From an uncultured Alphaproteobacteria bacterium (GTDB lineage Bacteria; Pseudomonadota; Alphaproteobacteria; CAAHEQ01; UBA3637): a DNA stretch of 64,000 nt. This document shows, in pieces, positions 57,437 through 64,000 of this stretch. The notes below the pieces were generated by a model, which was given only the letters and a program-made list of their open reading frames with translations, did not search any database and was not told the DNA's origin. The stretch covers positions 32,016-96,015 of the forward strand of contig CASEYR010000006.1 in NCBI GenBank assembly GCA_949292205.1, given 5' to 3'. Numbering within the stretch: position 1 is the first letter of the stretch; each line of letters starts with the position of its first letter. Both the position numbers and the translations under genes were made by a program.

Positions 57437-59305
57437 CTATATCGGTTTCATTTTTTTCAGACCTATCAATTCACGTGCCGTTATTAAAATAGCTTTTCGA
57501 GCGGCAGCCTTACCACGCAACTGATAAGGTGTTAATTCTTTCATATCACGATTTAACGACATCCAAACAGAAGAAGGCATATTCCGAACAAATGCATCAC
57601 GTACTGCCATCGGAGCCTGATGTAAAGCCAAAACAGCCACCTGACGGTCTATATACTTCAACAAGATTTTAATTTGATCATCTGATAAGTGTGCCAAATC
57701 ATCAAATTGCATCATCCAAGAACCCACTTTTTTTGCAACCTCCGGCTCTTTTTTAGAAACAGCAGATATCAAATCTGTTTTATCCTGCTTATTCATCGCT
57801 TTCAAAATCGCTGTTGCTTTTTCCACACCTGTTTTGCTTCCCGATTGTTGGATTAGTTCACACACTCGGACTGCAATCTCTCGTTCCAGTTTCTGACGAA
57901 CATCGGAACGCACATGCTTTAAGTGTGTTAAATGAATCATCAGACGCGTTGCAAAATCCCTATCCAGCAACCCCAAGGCCCGAGCAGACACATCATCAGA
58001 TAAATGGAATAAGATCAAAGCCGCCGTTTCAGGTTTTTGTTCAGCCAAAAAAGGAACCAAGATACCGATATCCAGTTCATTTAAACGACTCCAAACCGTT
58101 TGTCCGCCGGAAGACAACCGAATTTCAGAATACAGCTGATCACTGGTTTCCTTTGGCATCGTTCGATCAAAAACACGTCGCACTTGTTCGTTTGTTCCGG
58201 TTACACCGATCGGAGATGACACATCATGAATAAATTTATCCAAGCATTTCTGAACATCTTCAACACGAACCGATCCGAGAGAAGAAATTGCTTGCCCCAA
58301 CGAACGCACATCGGCCTCATCCATGCGTCGGAATAAATCGCGAGCCACCCCATCGCCCAAAGTCAAAATCAAGATAGCGGCTTGCTGTATCGGAGAATAT
58401 CCCCGCCCTTTATACAGCGGATAGCGAATCCAATTTTTCAAGACTCGAATAGCGCGTTCTGGATTTTGTCGACAGACCAAGATAGCCTTTTCCAAAAGGG
58501 AACGTTCAACACGTTTTATTTCAACCGGTTTAGCAACGGGACCACTGATTAGTTGACGCATCATAGGAATGATGAAGCCGGCACACAACCAGACGATAAC
58601 GCCCAACAATAAGAACAAGCCAAATCCTTGAGCCCAAGCAATCGGTTTAATTCCCAAGAAAGTTCTGGCATCTTCCGAGAAAGGCAAGTTCAAAACCTCC
58701 AGAGTGTCCCCTCTTTCCTCTTCAAATCCAACGATTGCCTTAATTAAAGTCGTATAATTTTCCATTTCAGCGCGCGTTCTGGGCTGATATAGGACACTTC
58801 CGTCCTGTTCTTGAACCATCTGTCCATCAATCAGCACACTAACGGACAAGCGTTGAACGATACCGGCGGTAGATTGAATCCATGATTTTGTGACGGACAA
58901 ATCCGAAAGAGCCTCATTTTGAAAAACGACACTTTCTTTTTCCCCCGAAGCCAGAGCGCTTCCCTCAAAAGAGTCCCCGCTCGGAATAACATCTTTTTGA
59001 TGAACGGTTTCCCGAGTTAAGTTTAAATCGACCTGAACGGTTGCATAAACCGTACCTGCGCCGGTTGTTCTTTCAATCAAAGAAACGATTTCTTTTTGCA
59101 GAGCCTCGGCATATTGTCGTTGAAGAACAGCCTGTTCTCCGAAAGAGTTTTCTGCGGGTTGTTTTTCGGCAAGGACGCCCCAAACAACTTTTTCACCGGC
59201 AGTCAGTTGAGCCATTCTCGGGATAAAATATCCAACCGTTCCGGCAAGAATCATAGCCAGAATTAAAACTGTTATCAGACGTATCAGCTCGGCTGTTTTT
59301 GTCAC
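57437..59305 (-). CDS. FliF-FliG fusion protein (short FliF/SctJ-like ring module plus TM, fused to a full FliG rotor/switch domain)
   Basis: aa 1-250: N-terminal TM, YATVQVDLN and RLSVSVLIDG...RGDTLEVLNLPF plus a second TM, as in the FliF C-terminal half; aa about 292-622: FliG-like N, middle and C domains, including LAEQKPETAALILFHLSDDVSARALGLL and MMQFDDLAHLSDDQIKILLKYID. Confidence 0.68.
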   Translation of the reverse strand: MTKTAELIRLITVLILAMILAGTVGYFIPRMAQLTAGEKVVWGVLAEKQPAENSFGEQAVLQRQYAEALQKEIVSLIERTTGAGTVYATVQVDLNLTRETVHQKDVIPSGDSFEGSALASGEKESVVFQNEALSDLSVTKSWIQSTAGIVQRLSVSVLIDGQMVQEQDGSVLYQPRTRAEMENYTTLIKAIVGFEEERGDTLEVLNLPFSEDARTFLGIKPIAWAQGFGLFLLLGVIVWLCAGFIIPMMRQLISGPVAKPVEIKRVERSLLEKAILVCRQNPERAIRVLKNWIRYPLYKGRGYSPIQQAAILILTLGDGVARDLFRRMDEADVRSLGQAISSLGSVRVEDVQKCLDKFIHDVSSPIGVTGTNEQVRRVFDRTMPKETSDQLYSEIRLSSGGQTVWSRLNELDIGILVPFLAEQKPETAALILFHLSDDVSARALGLLDRDFATRLMIHLTHLKHVRSDVRQKLEREIAVRVCELIQQSGSKTGVEKATAILKAMNKQDKTDLISAVSKKEPEVAKKVGSWMMQFDDLAHLSDDQIKILLKYIDRQVAVLALHQAPMAVRDAFVRNMPSSVWMSLNRDMKELTPYQLRGKAAARKAILITARELIGLKKMKPI

Positions 59306-59388
59306 CTGCCAAAACTCCTTTTTGCCTGTTTTTTAATGCATTCCATTAAACACTTAAAATTCTAAATTTTCGGTTAATAAAGGTATTT

Positions 59389-59682
59389 TTACAAAGTCTC
59401 TTTAAAAGTAATAATACTTTCTGCACGTCCTTTATCAGGATTAACAACGAACAGTCGGCGTCCCGATTCGTGACCGATAGTCAACACGCACAACATTTCC
59501 CCGCAAGGCAAGACATCGCGAATACTTTCCGGAAAAACCAGAGTCACCTCAGACGATTGAATAGGCAGAGGCTTGCTTTTCATTCGAAGATCTGTTATTT
59601 TAAGAGCGACGGCAACCAAACCGGCTAGGATTAATAAGCTCATGCCGATAGTAAGTGCTTTCAAGAAAGTTATTGTTTTCAT
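59389..59682 (-). CDS. small membrane-anchored hypothetical protein upstream of fliF-fliG
   Basis: Start at MKTITFLKALT with an N-terminal TM helix; the ORF-track start at 59766 would overlap rluD. Confidence 0.4.
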   Translation of the reverse strand: MKTITFLKALTIGMSLLILAGLVAVALKITDLRMKSKPLPIQSSEVTLVFPESIRDVLPCGEMLCVLTIGHESGRRLFVVNPDKGRAESIITFKETL

Positions 59683-59705
59683 TTTTGACCTCACTGGAGT
59701 AGAAT

Positions 59706-60704
59706 ATGGATACGGAATCCGATTTTGATGACGATCAAGACATAGTATACACGATGTCCACCCCACTTGTCACGCCAAAAGTGACATCAGATACTCCGAA
59801 ATTGCGTTTAGACAAGTTTTTAGCAGAAACATTTCCGCAATTTTCCCGCAGTCAAGTCGCACGAATGATTGAAGCTGATGCCGTTCGACTACAATCAGAT
59901 CGGACTCGAGTTTTATCATCGGATGATAAAGTCAAAGAGGGGGATATTTATGAATTGACGCCACCGGAAGCTGTTTCCGCGAACCCCGAGCCCGAGGATA
60001 TTCCACTGGATATTTTGTATGAAGATGACGATTTATTGGTTGTCAACAAACCGGCAGGATTAGTTGTTCACCCTGGGGCCGGCAATCCGCGAGGAACTCT
60101 GGTGAATGCACTGCTGGCACACTGCAAAGACTCACTTTCAGGGATCGGTGGCGTTAAACGCCCGGGTATTGTCCATCGGATTGACAAAGACACCAGTGGG
60201 ATTTTAGTTGTTGCCAAGAATGATTTTACGCACCGACATTTATCCGAACAATTTGCCGAACACACGATTGAGCGTATTTACCAAGCTTTTGTTTGGGGAT
60301 ATATTCAAAAAACGACGGGCATCATAACCGGAGACATCGGACGATCTCAGACGAACCGCCAAAAAATGGCTATAGTTCCGCACGGCAAAAAAGCCGTTAC
60401 GCATTATGAGCGTATTGCCGTTTTCGGGAATGGTATAGCCTCGCACATTCAATGCATTTTGGAAACGGGAAGAACACATCAGATTCGTGTCCATATGGCG
60501 TCTAACGGACACTCTTTAATCGGAGATCCGGTCTATGGTGTTATTCCCAAAACGGCACCGGATTTTGCGAAGTATTTTCCACGTCAAGCCCTGCATGCCG
60601 GCTTTTTAGGTTTTATTCACCCGACAACGGGGGAACATATGTCTTTTGAAGCTCCCTTACCGGATGACATGCAAGAACTACAGGACAATTTAACAGCTCT
60701 GTAA
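59706..60704 (+). CDS. rluD: 23S rRNA pseudouridine synthase, RluD/RluA family
   Basis: S4-like LRLDKFLAETFP and catalytic HRIDKDTSGILVVAKN; GGAG SD; start could be the later Met at 59754. Confidence 0.8.
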   Translation: MDTESDFDDDQDIVYTMSTPLVTPKVTSDTPKLRLDKFLAETFPQFSRSQVARMIEADAVRLQSDRTRVLSSDDKVKEGDIYELTPPEAVSANPEPEDIPLDILYEDDDLLVVNKPAGLVVHPGAGNPRGTLVNALLAHCKDSLSGIGGVKRPGIVHRIDKDTSGILVVAKNDFTHRHLSEQFAEHTIERIYQAFVWGYIQKTTGIITGDIGRSQTNRQKMAIVPHGKKAVTHYERIAVFGNGIASHIQCILETGRTHQIRVHMASNGHSLIGDPVYGVIPKTAPDFAKYFPRQALHAGFLGFIHPTTGEHMSFEAPLPDDMQELQDNLTAL

Positions 60705-60782
60705 CAGCATATTAATAATCTTCTTTTCAAGAATTCGCTTTTTTCTGTTGAGCCTGCTTTTATTTTCGGGTATAAATAAAAT

Positions 60783-62372
60783 ATGTCTTTATTATCTTCC
60801 ATAGCCACCGTCGGTGGATGCACAGCTGTTAGTCGTGTTGTTGGTTTTATTCGAGATATTTTAATTGCTCGATTTTTAGGAGCCAGCATGATGGCTGATG
60901 CATTTTTTGTTGCCTTACGATTTCCGAACTTATTTCGCAGTCTATTTGCGGAAGGAACACTCAATGTTGCCTTTGTTCCGCTTTTTTCCGGTGAGCTTCA
61001 TGGCAAGGGAGAAAAACGTGCCCGCACCTTTGCCCGATCGGTCTTCAGTTTTTTATTCTATCTGCTTTTAATATTCACCGTTGTTATGGAAATCCTGATG
61101 CCGGCACTAATGTTTTTACTAGCCCCCGGATTTGAAGAGATTCCCGGAAAACTGGCTTTAACGACAAGCCTCAGTCGAATTACGTTTCCGTTTTTACTCT
61201 GCGTTTCACTTGTTTCTTTAATGTCTGGCATTTTGAATTCAGTCGGTCGTTTTTGGGCGGCAGCCTTTACGCCAACGATTTTAAATTTAACGATGATTAC
61301 TTTTTTGCTACTGGTAACCCCATTGATTCACTCACCCGAAGCACCGGCTTATGCCTTAGCCTGGGGTGTTTTTGCCGCCGGATTAATTGAATTTGTTTTT
61401 CTGGCGTGGCATCTGAAAAAAGCGGGTATGACATTTAATTTAATCGGTCCCGTCAAAGCACTTTTCCATATGACGAAAGGGGTTAAACTTCTTCTTCGTC
61501 GCATGGCTCCGGGGGTTCTCGGTTCGGGCGTCTATCAAATCAATTTATTTTTAGATACGCTGTTTGTTTCGTTTGTCGGGGCCGGAGCCATCTCATGGCT
61601 CAATTATGCCCATCACTTATTTCAGCTACCGATTGGAATCATCGGCGTTGCCATTGGGACAGCTTTACTACCGGTTCTGTCAAAGCACATTAAAGCCGGC
61701 GAATTGGATTTAGCTAATACGCAACTTAATCGCGGATTGGAACTATCCATAGCTTTGTCCTGTTCATCTATGACAGGTTTAATTTTACTGGCTTATCCGA
61801 TTATCGGGATTTTATTTGAACGCGGAGCATTCACGATAGAAGATACACTGAATACATCACGCGCTTTGATTGCTTTTTCATTCGGGCTACCGGCCTATAT
61901 GATGACCAAAGCACTATCGCCTTTTTTCTACGCGCGCGGAGACACCAAAACACCGGTCAAAATAGCAATTGTTGGGGTTGCCTTAAATGCGATTTTAGCT
62001 TTAACATTGATGCAATTTTTGGGATACGTCGGGATAGCACTGGCAACCAGCATAACTGTGTGGGTCAATGCGGGACAGTATGCGATTCGTCTTATGCATC
62101 GGGGAGATTTCAGTCTGGATAAAACGTTCCGATATCGGCTTCCGCGTATTTTATCTGCCTGTATCATTATGGGGTTAAGTTTAAGGGCAGCCGAGCTTGG
62201 ATTAAGCTATTTATTTCCCGATTGGCAACAAGACACATCTATTCACTCCATTGTGCTTCTCGGAGTACTTATCGGTGGTAGCATAGGTGTCTTTTTGATA
62301 GCACTCATTATCAGCGGAGGCATTCCGATGTCTCAGATTCGAAATATTCTCCACAGACGTCATTTATCATAA
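60783..62372 (+). CDS. murJ: lipid II flippase MurJ (MviN)
   Basis: 529 aa, 14 TM; N-terminus SRVVGFIRDILIARFLGASMMADAFFVALRFPNLFRSLFAEG. Confidence 0.88.
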   Translation: MSLLSSIATVGGCTAVSRVVGFIRDILIARFLGASMMADAFFVALRFPNLFRSLFAEGTLNVAFVPLFSGELHGKGEKRARTFARSVFSFLFYLLLIFTVVMEILMPALMFLLAPGFEEIPGKLALTTSLSRITFPFLLCVSLVSLMSGILNSVGRFWAAAFTPTILNLTMITFLLLVTPLIHSPEAPAYALAWGVFAAGLIEFVFLAWHLKKAGMTFNLIGPVKALFHMTKGVKLLLRRMAPGVLGSGVYQINLFLDTLFVSFVGAGAISWLNYAHHLFQLPIGIIGVAIGTALLPVLSKHIKAGELDLANTQLNRGLELSIALSCSSMTGLILLAYPIIGILFERGAFTIEDTLNTSRALIAFSFGLPAYMMTKALSPFFYARGDTKTPVKIAIVGVALNAILALTLMQFLGYVGIALATSITVWVNAGQYAIRLMHRGDFSLDKTFRYRLPRILSACIIMGLSLRAAELGLSYLFPDWQQDTSIHSIVLLGVLIGGSIGVFLIALIISGGIPMSQIRNILHRRHLS

Positions 62373-62383
62373 AGGAGGCAAGA

Positions 62384-63634
62384 ATGAAACTCAAACAGAT
62401 ATTTGGTTTTTCATTTTTATCACTCGGATTGATTTGTTTTTACCAAGCATTTCAAGAAAACTCGATTTCTCCCCGCCTTGACACCCCTCAACAAGAGGAA
62501 GTCAATTTAATAGAGGGAACACAACAATATCTCCCCGGAACAATCATCACCCCCAAGACGACGGCAGATTTACGAGCTTGGTTTTCAAAAGCGACGCGTT
62601 ATCAAATGCCACGCGTTTTTGTAGATCGCTTGCCTGATGATTTTGCGGAAAAAGGGGATCCGGCATTATTTATTCAAGTCATCTCTGCGTTAATTATGCG
62701 AGAGAACGAGCAAGCATTGCGTGAGCGGATTGTTTTGATCGACCTGAATCGGAAACAGAAAAGCGGAGAATCTTGGTCTGAGTCAGAAACCTCATTTTTC
62801 AATAATCTTGTTGAAAAATATGATGCGAAAGCGAAACGCAGTCGAGAAAGTCAGCTAGCCGATTTAATGAAAAAAGTGGATACCATTCCCGTTTCCATGG
62901 CCGTTGCACAATCTGCCTTAGCGACAGAATGGGGGACCAAGAATCTCTCTCATCCTTTTGATCAAAAAGGCTGGTTGGATAACAAGACTTATGACTTTTT
63001 ACCTTTTGATTCGCTGATTCAAGCAACGAACAGTTATTTCAAAGAGTTAAACGGTATGCCTCCGCTCTTTGAATGGCGTGTCTCACGTGATCAATTTCGC
63101 GACCTAACCGCCAAAGATAAAGGATATCGTTTTTTACCCGGATTATATGCCTACATGCCATGGGATGACACATATGTTGACCGACTAAAAACAAAAGCCG
63201 ACGAGATGGATGTAATTGCGATTGATGCCTTAACATTTCTTCCAATGGAACAACCGATATCATTTGAAACGGGAAAAACGATTATCAAAACACAGACAGG
63301 GGAGCATACTTTTATAACGGAAAAAGCGATAACACCGAAACAACGAGCACGCGGTTTAATGTTCCGAACCGAGTTGGCATCGGATGCCGGTATGATTTTC
63401 ATAAACGAGTATTCCCGTCCGATAGGTCTGTGGATGAAGAATACGCTGATTCCATTAGATATGGTCTTTTTTGACGAGCACGGCAAAGTAACGGATATTG
63501 TTGAAAATGCCCAACCCCATGATGAAACCAGCCATATGTCTTCATCTCCGGTTCAAGGAGTCATTGAATTACCGGCCGGCACCGTTCAAAGACTAAAAAT
63601 CAAATCAGGTGATACCGTTATCATACCCAGATAA
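62384..63634 (+). CDS. secreted or membrane-anchored fusion protein: N-terminal region plus glucosaminidase (FlgJ/Bax-like) domain plus C-terminal DUF192 domain
   Basis: AAGGAGG SD; N-terminal hydrophobic segment; AVAQSALATEWGTKNLSHPF resembles the glucosaminidase active-site region (AQAALESGWG); C-terminal GLMFRTELASDAGMIFINE...PLDMVFFDEHGKV is DUF192-like. Confidence 0.55.
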   Translation: MKLKQIFGFSFLSLGLICFYQAFQENSISPRLDTPQQEEVNLIEGTQQYLPGTIITPKTTADLRAWFSKATRYQMPRVFVDRLPDDFAEKGDPALFIQVISALIMRENEQALRERIVLIDLNRKQKSGESWSESETSFFNNLVEKYDAKAKRSRESQLADLMKKVDTIPVSMAVAQSALATEWGTKNLSHPFDQKGWLDNKTYDFLPFDSLIQATNSYFKELNGMPPLFEWRVSRDQFRDLTAKDKGYRFLPGLYAYMPWDDTYVDRLKTKADEMDVIAIDALTFLPMEQPISFETGKTIIKTQTGEHTFITEKAITPKQRARGLMFRTELASDAGMIFINEYSRPIGLWMKNTLIPLDMVFFDEHGKVTDIVENAQPHDETSHMSSSPVQGVIELPAGTVQRLKIKSGDTVIIPR

Positions 63635-63641
63635 CACAGAT

Positions 63642-64000
63642 TTAATTTGCCTGATTCAGTAATAATCGCTGATATCTGGGAGATGATTTAATCATTTCGG
63701 CATCCAGCCGAGGATATCCGTAGCGCTCTAGCAAAGTTGGTTCTTGACGCAGTAAAGAAACCCCCAAGCCTAGCTTTCCATCCACGACAGGGACTTCGGC
63801 TACATCCAGTATCGTAGGTCCCCAATCAAACTGAGCAAAAGGTTTTTGAATAACATAAGGATAAATACTTTTTCGACCGATAATGACATTGTATGTCTTT
63901 CGATTAGGATACAAAGCCAAATCTTGATTGATCTCATCGGCTTCCATCATCAAATGATCGCCGATGATAAAGATAACGGTATTTTCAAAGAACGGCTGTT
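63642..64000 (-). CDS. alkaline-phosphatase-superfamily (sulfatase/LTA-synthase/EptA-like) protein, C-terminal part; gene runs off the window
   Basis: Frame is open to the window end; upstream in-frame translation reads ...QPFFENTVIFIIGDH, the sulfatase-family GDH motif. Confidence 0.4.
   Translation of the reverse strand, partial: QPFFENTVIFIIGDHLMMEADEINQDLALYPNRKTYNVIIGRKSIYPYVIQKPFAQFDWGPTILDVAEVPVVDGKLGLGVSLLRQEPTLLERYGYPRLDAEMIKSSPRYQRLLLNQAN

Overview
This 64-kb window is a gene-dense piece of a Gram-negative chromosome at roughly 45% GC, judged by eye. It most resembles an alphaproteobacterium: rpmF-plsX-fabH-ihfA-merR gene order with fabD elsewhere, an ELM1/DUF1022 protein, and two Omp25-like beta-barrels. 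Host-association hints are two ankyrin-repeat proteins, a Chlamydia/archaea-type pyruvoyl arginine decarboxylase next to a basic-amino-acid antiporter, and a GTP-type PEP carboxykinase. Housekeeping content in order: PgeF, GalU-like nucleotidyltransferase, ComEC, BamE-like lipoprotein, HisS, LptF/G permease, alpha/beta-hydrolase lipoprotein, ELM1-like protein, tRNA-Ser(GGA), Lon-like AAA+ protease, dnaN-recF-gyrB, PckG, BamD, RecN, LigA, an AsmA-like giant membrane protein, rpmF-plsX-fabH-ihfA-merR, FabD, tRNA-Trp-secE-nusG-rplK-rplA-rplJ-rplL-rpoB-rpoC, RecA, rpmG (missed by the ORF track), a MoxR-DUF58-DUF4381-TerB-like operon, RluD, MurJ, and a glucosaminidase-DUF192 fusion. I saw no CRISPR array, transposase, integrase or rRNA. 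The strongest candidate for something new is at 11.8-14.2 kb: a 687-aa protein whose N-terminus is a type IV prepilin (Gly-ended leader, Glu at +5, hydrophobic helix, Cys-Cys D-region loop) fused to a ~500-aa cysteine-rich tandem-repeat module with about 66 Cys. Its promoter region next to tRNA-Ser is bracketed by perfect 19-bp inverted repeats plus a three-copy 11-mer palindrome array. Other notable items are a ~300-nt structured RNA with a near-consensus promoter and a terminator between gyrB and an OMP gene, a lone FliF-FliG fusion with no other flagellar genes nearby, and the AaxB/AaxC-like arginine decarboxylation module.
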